Origin: Peribolospora baueri | Lineage: Eukaryota | Reading direction: 5' to 3' | NCBI GenBank assembly: GCA_029717555.1 | Contig: JAMDHS010000002.1 | Coordinates: 124,001 to 188,000, forward strand | DNA length: 64,000 nt | Shown: piece after piece, positions 13,501 to 24,971 of the stretch | Layout of the letters: each line of letters begins with the position of its first letter | Position numbering within the stretch: position 1 is the stretch's first letter | Translations under genes and position numbers: made by a program | The notes under the pieces: generated by a model | The model's input: only the letters and a program-made list of their open reading frames with translations | Told to the model about the DNA's origin: nothing | Databases searched by the model: none

Positions 13501-15473
13501 GGTCAAGGGGCTCCATTTTGACCAGCACTTCGTCCGCGGCTTCCGCCCCAGCCGTCGGAGTTTCCCTCTGCTCACCCCAGGCTGCGGGTTGGGCAGGCGG
13601 GGGCTGGGTCGCAGGCGCGTTCAAAGCGTCGCGTACGCGCTGTATTTGGCAACAGGAACTCAGCGTGAGAGGGGCTTGACGGATTCGGCACACAAACAGC
13701 ACGAGGCGCTCTCACCTGAACGGCGGCTTGCAAAGGTCCCTCCGGAACAGCTTGCAGAGTGGCGATCAGCAGCTCTATGGTGATGTTGATCGGTAAGGTA
13801 GTGACGTCGAACTGAGCGAGCGGATTCCTCTCCACCTCCGGGCCCATCGCTCTCCTGAGCGCGACAGCGCCCTCCACACCCCCAACGTCTCCTGGAAGAG
13901 AGCCAGAAGGACCGGCGACCGCGGTGGTGGTGGAGCGGTAAGCGTTCTTAGGCTCTAGCCGTTGCCGCTTCACCGCTCGGTCCGAGAGCTCGTCAGTGAT
14001 CATTTCTCGTTTCCGCGTCGCTTCCGCTTCGCGCTTCTGTCGGTGCTCTCGCGCTGCTTGATCCATTCGCTGTTTCTGACGTTCCAACGCTTCCTGGGCT
14101 TGTAGCGCTGAGTCGCCTGCGGCGCCGTTGCTGTTCGACGATGACACGTGGACAGAATCAGATTAGACTTAGCGCCAGCACGTGGGCAAAAGAGGGAATG
14201 TTCGCAAGCTCACCGAAGGAGGTGAGTGAGAAGAAGGCGCGCTGTGTTCTCCACGTTTCGAACGCGCCAAAATGACTGTCCTTGTAGCGCCGCCGGCGTC
14301 CACGCGATCAGAGATTGCACTACGATGGCCCCAACTCTTGGTCGTGACTTCGCCAAGCTGCCGAGCGAGTTGATCGCCGCCATGACGAGATCCGGCATTC
14401 TGATACAACAAGGAAGCGCGACGGAATCTCATCAGTCTAAGGATGCACTTCTCTCAGCGCCTGTTTACGGAATCCAGTCCGCTCACGAGTTGGTGAAGAG
14501 GAAAGTGACGAGCTTCTCCAAAAGCATGTTTCCCTCCTGTTGGAGTAGCTCCACATCGAGAAAAGGGTGATCGGGTGGGATGTGACTGAGGTTGGGATCT
14601 CCACGGTCGCGAAGCTACACGAAACGGAAGAGGGGCGTTTCGAGGGATGAACAAGTTCAGCGTTATACCAATACACCACGGTGTTACTAGGAGATGGGAA
14701 CTCACTCTAGGGTCGGCCGGTCCTTTCGTCTGAACTTGGATCATCCGAGCGAAGCACTTCATCGCCGCCAGCTGCACACCCCTCCCGCCTTTCTCGTTGA
14801 GGTTTAGAACGTGGGTCTTGGCGGACACCACTTGGTCCCATATATCTCGCCGAGAGCGGTTTAGACACCTGTAAGGACAAAAAAGGGCCCACGACAAGTG
14901 CAGCGGGACAGAACGAGTGAGCAGGCCAGCGAATAGGCTTCCATCAGTGCCCGTGAAGAGAAACAACCGAAGACATACAAGAAACGAATAAGAGATGGGT
15001 ATATGCTCGCTAAGCACTGGACCGCCGTCTTGACGAGGGACGGGTTACCCTCCTTAAAGATGCCGAGGATGGCGGTGAGGGACTGAGGCGCGACTGGAGC
15101 GTGAAAGAAGAGGGTTCAATAGAGCGGGTCAGTGTCCAGCCTTGACGTCTTTTGCAAGTCCGCGCGTCCGCAGTCCGTTCAAACACTCTCCCATTTTAGA
15201 CAATATCGGACACTCACGATTCGATTTTGCCTCGGAAGACAGGGCAGGCCTACAGAGTGCGAGCTCCATGATCTCTACGATCCATCGCCTGAGCACCGAG
15301 TTGGCACCGGTCAGCATCTGCATGAACGTCTGGTACAAGATCGGGATGGTGCCCGGCTGCGCCTCGAGCGCCACGCGCAGCTTGGAGAGCTGCTGGGACT
15401 GGTTGGTGGGGTCATGGGAGGAGGCGAGGGCGGCGCTGAGGAGGTTTAGAGCGTCGCTGCCGCCCGACGCCAT
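10505..15473 (-). CDS. PTA1: Symplekin/Pta1-like pre-mRNA 3'-end processing scaffold, multi-exon
   Basis: N-terminal HEAT-like exons (GVQLAAMKCFARMIQVQT; LVMAAINSLGSLAKSRP). Symplekin C-terminal motifs DPRFLMPIMPDLNK, LLTPTELMVLLH, LPLLFMRTV and LITKRVWNNPTLWDGFILCA...PQSF. Confidence 0.9.
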
Positions 15474-15911
15474 GGCTCGTGTTCGGTGGGGGATGGAAGG
15501 GAGGCAAGGGAGGGAGCGCGGAGACTGAAGGCGGCTGGCTGGTTCCCCTCACCCGACGAGGGTGGAGATGGGGCGGCGGCAAGGTCGGTTCCGACGTCGA
15601 ATGAGGGAAGCTGGCTGTGCGTGATGTGATGATGATGGATCGCAGACCCGTGTTCGCAACACGGCATCGACGAAAGACAGGGCAGTGGGATGGATGGAGA
15701 TTCGAGCGACGCTGCCGCAGCTCCGGTGATCGACGGCCTTGGGCGGGCCGGGCGCCATCGAGTGCCCCCAGCCCCTGGCCGACGCTGACAGCCGACGTTC
15801 CATCTGGCTTTCACCCACATCCTACATACAAGGCTGCCTGCGATAGGCCACCATCCTAGTTGCTGACACTCTTAACCTCGCCTTCTTCTTATCTGCGGTC
15901 CTTTGCACGGC

Positions 15912-16600
15912 ATGGTGAGTCTGGTGGGAGAGGCGCAGGCGGAGGCCGAACCGTGGAGCTGATTGGGGCGCCCCCCGCGTCGCACCGTCATCCCTCACAG
16001 GCGGCTTCGAACTCCCAAGGCATTCAGACGCTTCTCGAGGCGGAGAAGGAGGCGGCGAAGATTGTGCAGAAGGCCAGGGCTTGTTCGTATTTTCTTCTCC
16101 TCTCGTCGCTGTTCCAGACACGAAGTAGCAGCGGGCGTTTGAACGTTTCGCTAACGGGAGCTTGCCGCTATCCGCCATCGTGGCGACTCTGCCCGCCCCT
16201 GTCTCGAACAATGCAGATCGAACTCAAAAGTTGAAGGACGCACGGACAGAAGCGGCTAAGGAGATCGAAGCTATCAAGGCCCAGAAGGAGAAGGAGTTTG
16301 CTATCTTTGAGAAGGAGGTGTGTCCGCCATCTCATCGACTCCACTCCCTTCACTGTTTTCGGGACACGTCGAGATCGTCTTATACTCATTTTTCTGGTCT
16401 ATTTTTGTGTAATCGTGGGATATAAGCACGCTGGCTCTACGACCTCTTCGCAATCTGCGGTGGACGAAGAGACGAAGGAGAAGCTTGCCGAGCTGGACAA
16501 GTCGTTCGAGAAGAACAGGGAAAAGGTGGTGCAAAAGCTTCTTGATCGGGTCGTCAAAGTCGAGCCCAAGTTGCATCGCAACCTCGTCAAGGTGGAGTAG
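15912..16600 (+). CDS. VMA10: V-type H+-ATPase subunit G
   Basis: ATG-only first coding exon, then AASNSQGIQTLLEAEKEAAKIVQKARAYRTQKLKDARTEAAKEIE...VVQKLLDRVVKVEPKLHRN. Three introns. Confidence 0.95.
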
Positions 16601-17261
16601 AACGGGGGAGTGGCAAGGGGCTGGAAAGCAGGTGAAAGCTGGGGCAGAAGCTTTTCGATCGGGACATCGGGTGGAGCCCAGCATCATAAGGGTCGACGAG
16701 GTTGCGATGCCACCCGGGCTCAAGGCGCGGTGGAAGTGTGGACGAGAGGCTGGAGAGGTGGTGGAGTAGGCTAGGGCTCGCGTACATGACTCGGGTGCCC
16801 GCGGCTTGTGCAGCCGGCATTTATTGTTATCCACAATTCCGATGAACGTGGTTCACCTAGAGCTGAGTCTCGGCTAGGTCGGTAAAAGCCTCGAGCTCAC
16901 CGGCGTGAGTGTCTCGAGTCCAAACGACGCTCCCCTTTCGCGTCGCAACTTGAGCTCCCCGTTCGCGTCGTACACATCCCTCACGCTCGCTACGGCCATC
17001 GTGTACACACCGGCCGGCACCGAAGCACTGGACAGCCCGATCGAGCATGCCGTCGGTTCGGTGATCTGTGGTGTAGCTATGCCAGTTTACTCTCGCAGCC
17101 ATGGGAACTCGTTGTGGGTGATTGGATCTTCGTTGAGGCTAACGAAACCCACCTCAGTTTCTTCTGGCACATGGACGATCTTTTCCGCGAGAGAATCTGC
17201 AGGTCGTCCTTCATCCTTTTTACACGGTAGGGAAAGAAAAGAGGACGTGCGCTCGCACGTC

Positions 17262-18343
17262 TCAAATGTCGACCTCCTCTCCATCGAGCCACGCTTTACA
17301 CTGTGCGTACAACCGATCGTGTTCGGGGCCTCTTGCACCGGGCATGTCGAGCTTAACAGAGACACCCATCGTGAGTTCCTGTGAGCAAAGGATGGAGGCC
17401 GGATCAGCGGAGACGCCCACAAATGGGACCGGTAAGCCGAGGCGAACTTCGGCGTCCTGGGAAATTCGCACAGTCGAGCCTGTCGAGAGACTCGCCTGAA
17501 AGTAAGCGAGGTAGCGGTAGCCAGCGGGGTACCGCCGAAGCTTGTCCCCGTCGATCCGTGGCACCGTCACTCCGTCCACGGGGATCACCTTGTCCTTCTC
17601 ATACCAGAGGCGCACGAAGCGAGCCCCCCAACGCCCGTCTAGCTTCTCGAAGAAAAAGCAGAAACGACAGTCGCATTCACAGTCCACTTCCACCACGTCC
17701 TCCTCCGATGCGCCCACCGAGCCGCCTTCGGACCCGGCCCTGGGGACGCTGAAACGCTGGGAGATGGTCGCCTTGAGTTTGCACACCGCGCGCGCGCCGT
17801 CGGGAGTGATATCCACGGTGGCTGTCATACATGCACGCAAGCGCCAGCGAAGGTTGGGTCAGACGGCTCTGGCAACGACCATGAGGCCCGCGAACACGCT
17901 CGATTTCGCTTGCGCGGAGCCTCACTTCCTCACTCATCACTTACCACCGTGGCACCGATGCATGATCTGCGCCCCTCGGTCCATCCCCGCTTGTGAGGCC
18001 TTGATGAAGTCATCTACGTGCACGCGCCCGCTCCAGGTGGTGTAAACGTACGCGTCCTGGCGGAAGATGGAGCGGAAATTGGCCCATTCGCGGGCGTCGC
18101 TATGGGAGCGGGTTCCATCAAGCCGGCCCAAAGAAGACGAACCCGAACGATACGGTGGAATCAGGTTAGCCGCACTGCCAGCTGGGGTAACGGGGTACGG
18201 GCGTTCGGACTCAACCGATATGCAGGCCACCCCTCAGCGAGCTCCCTGATTTTGAACCGCTCTAGGGCGAGGACGTCGGGCCCGTTGTTCCGGATGGCGT
18301 TCTCCGGGCGCGTGCCCTCTGGGAGGGAGTGGAGGTCGGGCAT
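17262..18343 (-). CDS. PEP2-like (pea pathogenicity protein 2) / SnoaL-NTF2-fold protein
   Basis: [105 protein letters not shown] recall these motifs from fungal PEP2/SnoaL_4-like proteins; not searched. Confidence 0.75.
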
Positions 18344-19106
18344 GGTAATGGCGAGTGAGAGTCGGTACGAGCGTCGGTAGCGTTGTCAATGGGCAGGAGG
18401 TGACCGAACGAGCGCCTTGGCGAGTCGGTACGCGATGTGTGGGCCTTGTTATGGCCTCCGGACGAGGTCGGCCTCCTCGTGCTTACCCCGCAACTTTGCG
18501 CCGGTAAAACTTTTAGCCACGTCGCCGCCCGGTAGAAGTATGTAGGCGCCGGGTGTGAGTTGTCCAGGGAGATCATGATTGAGGGAGGGGGAAATCAGAT
18601 TCACTATATACAGAGCGCAACGAGCGGGCGGTTTGCCCGATCGCTCGTGGAAGCGATGAATAAGCGAGGAGAAGGAAAGCGATGACGAACGGAGCGACTG
18701 ACAGAGCGTGTCCGAGAGGAAGGAGTGCTGCGGGCGCGTGGACCGCCGGTTCTCACCAAGCTTCGCGATCACCCTCGCTTCTCGTCATCCTAGTGTGCCG
18801 TGTCGAATATTAGAAAACTTGTATGACATGGCAAAAGACGCCTCGACATTCGAGTGACCGCTCGTGTATCTTATTTTTAACACACGCGTTCTTTGCCCAG
18901 CAGCGAGGACGGACCGCACAAGCGGGATTGGCAGACGAGTATGCGGTATGGAAGAGGAAAATCTCGTTGATTATATTGGTACAGCACTGTACGAGTACTA
19001 GTGCTGCAACGTCGTCCTTGCAAACAAAGGTCTTGTCGGAGCTTTTCCACCAGCAGAATGCAAACGACGGATATATGCACAGCAGCCGACCGGATCAGAC
19101 TGCTCT

Positions 19107-21661
19107 CTAGGTAAATATTTCCACCTTCGCCCGCTGCAACAAGTCCTCCGGCGTGAGATTGTAGAGCTCGTCGATCAGGGCGGAAAGGAACGTGCCCGAA
19201 CCCTTGACGTCCGGGCGAGCTGCCGCAATCTCTGCTGCGATGCAGATGGAGAGGACGCTGTGGAGGATCGCAGGGTGGCCGAGCGGAGCGGTAGGATTGA
19301 CAAGGTCGGTCAGTCGGTCGTGGAGGAAGAAGAGAACAAGAGAGCGCGGACAGCTCACCCGCCAATAGCAGCGGCGAACATGTCCCCGTCGACGAGAGCG
19401 CCTTCCAGTTCTCCCTCCTTCTCGGCAGCGGCGAAGCAAGCGATGGCTGAACCCGTGGCGCAACCGGAACCGGTGATGGACCCCAGGAAGGCGTGGCCGT
19501 TGGACAGTTTCGCGACCCGATAGCCGTCGGAGATGTAGTCTTCTGCGCCTGTGAGGGCGACGATGCAGCCTAGGTTAAGGGGGGACCGACCGACGACGGT
19601 GGCATGATGAGGATGAGAGAAGAGATTGAAGCCGTATTCAGGGATGAGCTCGCTGTGGAGCATACAGTGGATGGCCGAGCCGAGGAAGAGTACTCACGCT
19701 CTCGTCTGGCTAAGTTCCTTACGACGTGAACGGGGTCCGTAAAACCGCTTCCTGCACTGTCCACGCCTCTGCTCTGGACCTGAATTATGCCAATAATGGA
19801 GATAATTGAGAAAGATGAAGGATGACGACTCATGATGGAGCGTCCAACGACGCGGATGGGTCCACTCACCTCAGCCGAACCTACGAGAGAACCCAGTTCC
19901 CCGGCGTTTCCTTTGATGACCGTCGCTTGCCAATGATTGAGCAGGGCTGGAAGGCGAGAACGAGCGACAGGGTCTGTCAGTCCACAGAGACACTTCCAGC
20001 AGGCCGCTTCATCCTAGCGGCCAAGCCGGCTCGCGTGGCTGGTGCTGTGATGCTGATGGCAATGAACAAGAGCAGTGAGAGAGATGCGGTTGAAAGAGCT
20101 CACCTTTGGTGGTTTCCTTCCTTACCTGCGTAGCCCCCGCTCCGACGGGATCGAACACGATGGGTTTGCGATTCATGTTTGCCAAACGGCCCGCAACACG
20201 CATAGCTTCGATTTGGTCCGCGCCAAGGGTGCCAAGATTGATGAGCAGAGCGCCGAGCACGGGGCTGAGGTCCGCTGCCTCAGCGGCCAGGCTAGACATG
20301 ATAGGCGAGGCGCCAAGGGCGAGCGTAACATTGGCCGAGCCGTTCTGGAGAAGACAATAGGTAGTGGAGGGAGGGGTTAGCGAGCGCATAAGATGAGAAG
20401 GGTAGGGCTGAGCGGCCGGGCGGGAGACTTAAGAAGCATATGCACCTGAACGACAGTGTTAGTGATCTGATGAATCAAGGCTTTCCCTTTCTTCACCTCG
20501 GCCAAGCACTTCGCCGCCTTCGCCACATATCCTTCCTTATAGCTCAAAGAAGGTGCTATAGAAAACACGCTTTGAGTATTGATCGCCTGAGCAAGGCGAT
20601 GCTTGAAAGCTCGAACGATCGAGGCGGTCTCGGATGCAGAATCGCGCACGGACGAGGCGGCCACGATGTCAGAGATGATCGCGAGGCCATCAACAGCGCG
20701 CAGAGAGCTGGAGGTAGAGACAACCGAGTTGGAGGGAGCGGTACCGGGAATGAAAACGGAACCGTGGAGGACTCGGGGGGCATTCTCGCGTTTGATACCA
20801 CCTGGTATTCACAACGGGAAAGATGACGGGAAAGATTAAGCATCGCGTTGTTTTCCCGCTGCCCATCCCGTCTCTTTCGCGCAGGATCTCACCGATCGTG
20901 ACGGCCTTGACGCTGTGGGGCAACACCTCCAAAATCTCAGCCACGCCCCTCGGTCCCAAGCACTCATAGATCAACGTCTTAGAGTTGGTCGGGTAACAAG
21001 GTCCGACGCCGACGTAGTCCGCCCCTTGTTCGACAGCTTGGCGCGCTTGTTCGACGCTGTGGACGGACACACCTATAATGGCGTCTGGGCCCAGGAGTCG
21101 GCGGGCAAGGGGGAGATCCATGTCTTCTTGGCCTACGTGCACTCCTGAGGCGTTTACGGCGAGGGCGATGTCGACTCGATCATTGATTAGCATGGGTACG
21201 TTGTACTGCGATCGAGACCGATGGGCAATGAAAGGGAGCACAGGGTCGGGAAACCGGGCGATATACGTTATGCGAGGGCGAGGTCAGCGAGAGCGGGTAA
21301 GAGACTGCCCTTCACCGCTTCGCCGTGCTCCTCACCGACCTTGTCACAGACCTCCTTGCTCCTCCTGGCGACCTCGAGGAACTCCCTCGTGTTTACATCC
21401 TTCTCTCTGCACGAGATCAAGATTCGGCCGGATGCTCCAACGTCAACATCGGTTCCCGTCCTCCCTCCACCGAAGCTAATCGCGGATCTGACGTCTGCGC
21501 CTCATCGTGAAGGAATGCTTCGGTCGTGCTCACCGAATCTGAACGAGCGTGACCCCTCCGAGGATGGCGTCTTCGAGGCATTTGAACGCGTCTCGTCCCG
21601 GGGGCATGACATGGCGCCCGGTGACGAGATACAGAGAGTAATCGACGCTGGGCTTGGGCAT
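19107..21661 (-). CDS. THI6: Bifunctional thiamine-phosphate synthase / hydroxyethylthiazole kinase
   Basis: MPKPSVDYSLYLVTGR, GGVTLVQIREKD, PMLINDRVDIALA..GVHVGQEDM and GADYVGVGP. Kinase half: HQITNTVVQN.SANVTLALGASPIMS, PIVFDPVGAGAT, IKGNAGE, ITGSGCATG and GSGTFLSALIDEL. Confidence 0.95.
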
Positions 21662-22327
21662 GGCGTGAGTCTTGGGGCGTTTGATTGCCTCGCTGTCTTT
21701 TCTGTCTCGCCGACGACGGTACGGTGAAACTCACTCACACTCATGTCGGCGACTCACTTTGCCCTTCGCCTTCGAGTGCTGCGGCGGGCGGACCGGGAAG
21801 AAGGCAAACGGCGATCGATCACTGACGATGACGCCGATGCCGAGAAGCGCTGGCGGGCTCGCCCCAGTGTGCGGTTTGAGCGGGAAGTGCCACAGCTATA
21901 TGGGCATTTCCATCGAGACGAAGGCGAGTTGCTGCTTCGCAGAGCATGCACGATCGTCTGAGGAGCGAATCCCGTTTACGAGATGGAGCCCACCGGGGTG
22001 GCGCTGCCAAGGCCCGAGACTCGGCCGAAGCGTGCGCGACGCGTAAGAAAGCCGCAAGATCTTATCACCTCCACTTGCAACTTGCTCCGACCCGCCTGCC
22101 GGCGCTTGCCGCACCCTCGCACACATCGTCCACCAGTCAGGACAAGACAGGTCAAGACAGGACGTGTTGTCTGACCTCGACAGGACTTCCTTCTTGCCTC
22201 TTCCTCTTCATCCACCCGTTGCTCTTCTCTGCCTGCTTTGCCCCGCTCCACGCTTTCCTGCTCTCTCTTCTTAGGCACCACCTTCCACCCTCGCTCGGCC
22301 TCGCCAGCCACTTCGCCCACCTCCAAC

Positions 22328-24614
22328 ATGACACCCGCCACTGGCTCTCCTCCGGCTCCTCCAGTTCGACCGCCGGCCCATCCCGAGCAGGCACCCTTTC
22401 GCACGCTCCTCCTTCACACTCACAACGTCATCCGAGCTCTCCAGCCCTTCTTCTCCCCGCCCGTCTCCAAAACTTCCTCCTCCGACAATCTCCGCGCCAA
22501 CGGTAACGGCCTCGCCGGCACAGGCGTCCCCTCCTCCTCCGATTCCTCCTCCGCTTCCTCCACCTCTGTTTCGGCGCCAGCGCCCGCGACGAGCGGGTCT
22601 CGGTATGGCACGGGCGAGCTGCCCAATGCCGTGCACGAGACGTTGCACCTCGCCCTGGATGGCGACTTTCGGGAAGAGGTGGCGAGGCGCAGGATGGACC
22701 TGGAGGGCAAGTGTTCCGATGACACGGGCAACAAAGGTCCTACGGACGGGCTTCCGCTTGGCGTGAACGGTGTGCAGCCCAACGGAAATGGAGAGGGCGA
22801 AAAGGAAGCTGGCGAGCAAGAGGCCGGACCATCGATCTCGTACCACTTCCATCCGCCGACGTCGACGCTCAGCATCCCCCATCCTGCCAGTATCCCCAAC
22901 CCCATTGCTCTGGACCCCTGCTGTCCTGAGCCGAGAGAGGCATATGATGTCACCGTCAAGTTTTTCTACCTCTCGTCGTCTGCCCCCGCTGAGGCGGACG
23001 GCCAAGGCGAGGGGAGGGGCGAGTACGGCGGAAAAGAGACCGAGAAGCGAGATCGCTTTCCCGCAGAGTGGGCCCTGCAAGGATTGGAGCGGTTGACGAG
23101 GACGACGGGCCTCATCACCGTCGACACCTTCATCCTGCGTTTTCCGGACGACGAGTTGGAGAAGGACGCCAGCACGGGCTTCGAGGGTGTGAGGAGCGTC
23201 TGGGCGGTGAGTGAAGCTGTACCGCTCTCCGTCTTCCTCGTCTGTCGTTCATGTCGCTTGGCAATTCCTTCGGTCCTTATCTGTCTTCTCTCGTTCTCCC
23301 TCGCAGACCCTCTCCCCGCAACCTTCTTTGCTTTCCCTAGGCGTAGCGGACTTCACTCTCCAACAGCTCCAATCGTTCATGTCCTCCCTCTCCCTACCTC
23401 CTCCTTCCCGGCCAAGTGACGAAGACAGGGAGCAAGGTCCCACCGTCCCGAGCCTTGCGCCCATACCGAACCCCAATCCGAGCACCAAAGCAGCTACGGC
23501 CTCCGTCCCTTCCTCCGACCCGCAACCGGTGGCCGGCCCGGGCACGCTGCCTTACCAAGCACCCCTCTCCGCATCGACGGGCACTACTAACGGTACAAAC
23601 AAGGACGTCTCTCCCGCACGCTTTTCTACCCTTAGCCGCACCTTCTCCAACGTCGTCTTCTCCACGCCGAGCGCGACACGCCGACTTAGAGTCAACCAGG
23701 TGAATCTACGCGATCTCAGCAATGGACCAACAGCTGGTTCCGGCTCCGGTTCGAAGGCTGGAAGCCCAGGAGCGCGCGCGCCTGAGCTGGAGGCATTGAG
23801 CAGCTGGTGCAATGAGAATGGGGTGGGTCTGAGCGCTCATGGCGATCCGAGAGGTAAGCTGAATTCTCGATCTCAGTTTTCTTCTTTGCCTCCGCTCCCC
23901 CCATTTTTTCTTCTTTCGTTTTCTTGTTGTCCCGCGCTTTCCTTCCCCGTCACTCTGCACGTTTGATCGCTACGTCGCTTGGCCATTTCGCCTTTCTGAT
24001 AATCCTCTAGCTCGCTTATTGACCGACGGTCCCTTGGCCTCCCTTCTTTTATTCTCTTCGTCTCTCTTCTTTCCATCAGACATTCTCCCACCACAAACCC
24101 TTCCTTTCCTCCTCTCCGAGTTTCTCCCCGCCCTACCTCATCCATTGCCTCCTCGCGCTGACGCCTCGCTCCGCCGCGTGCGAGAGCGGGCCTGGCCTTC
24201 GACCAACGGCAACAACGTCGGCGCCGATGCCAATGGTGCACCTCCCGTGCTGGGCAAGGTAGACGGTGTGAGGCCTCTCTGGGCTCTCAAGTACACCGTC
24301 ATCATTCGCGACCGTGGCGTCGTCGCTGACAAGGGGTAAGTCTCTTGCGTGGCGTAAGCCAAAGTCGACGCGCCCGTTTTAAGGGTTGTAACCTTGGCGG
24401 TTTTTATGTTGCGGAGAGTCTCAAAGTTGTCTGCGGACGAGAAAGGAGACGAACGGCACTCGACTGACGAGCACTCTTTTTCCTTTTCCTCGCTAACCCC
24501 CTACCGCCTCTACGCATCTCTGCTTCGAACGAACGACCCACTTTACTCTATGTCGCTCTCTCTCTGCGATTCGTCGTCGCGCCCAGCTACATCCTCTGTG
24601 CCGAGCTCGACTGA
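22328..24614 (+). CDS. Glutamate-cysteine ligase modifier (regulatory) subunit-like protein, aldo-keto-reductase fold, with low-complexity inserts
   Basis: REAYDVTVKFF, LGVADFTLQQL, VNQVNL, L.AHGDP.DILP and C-terminal PLWALKYTVIIRDRGVVADKGYILCAELD-stop (spliced). Matches the GCLM-type signature. Confidence 0.8.
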
Positions 24615-24971
24615 TACTATAGACCTTGTAGACCGTGTTTGCGCCCAGACAAAAAGAGGCGTTTTCTCAGAAGGCGCCTTCAAAGAACGGCCATTTGGAA
24701 TGATCGTGATTTGTTGGGTTGGACAGATAAGATAGCACACAGAAAAGATGTAACTCGGGCAGTGGAGCGCCCGTCTGTTTTAGTTCGAGGGCGCCGGCGA
24801 TGTGCGAAGGCCTAGCAGCGACTCTTCCCTGGGCGTGGTGATCTTCCGGCAAGATCGGGACGTCACCCAGAAAAAAAACGAAGGATCGGCCGCAGCAAAA
24901 ATTCCATGAGATGAACAAACAGGTCGCTCTCACTTCGCGAATAGGCGATTACGTCTTGCAGACCTCCTACT

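Noticed and set aside
16840..17250. Coding-looking fragments between the VMA10 and PEP2-like 3' ends
   Set aside because: No coherent start, splice structure or recognisable motif.
19107..22327. TPP riboswitch in THI6 introns or leader
   Set aside because: No non-coding CUGAGA core with the downstream aptamer elements on the sense strand; the only CTGAGA I noticed is coding.
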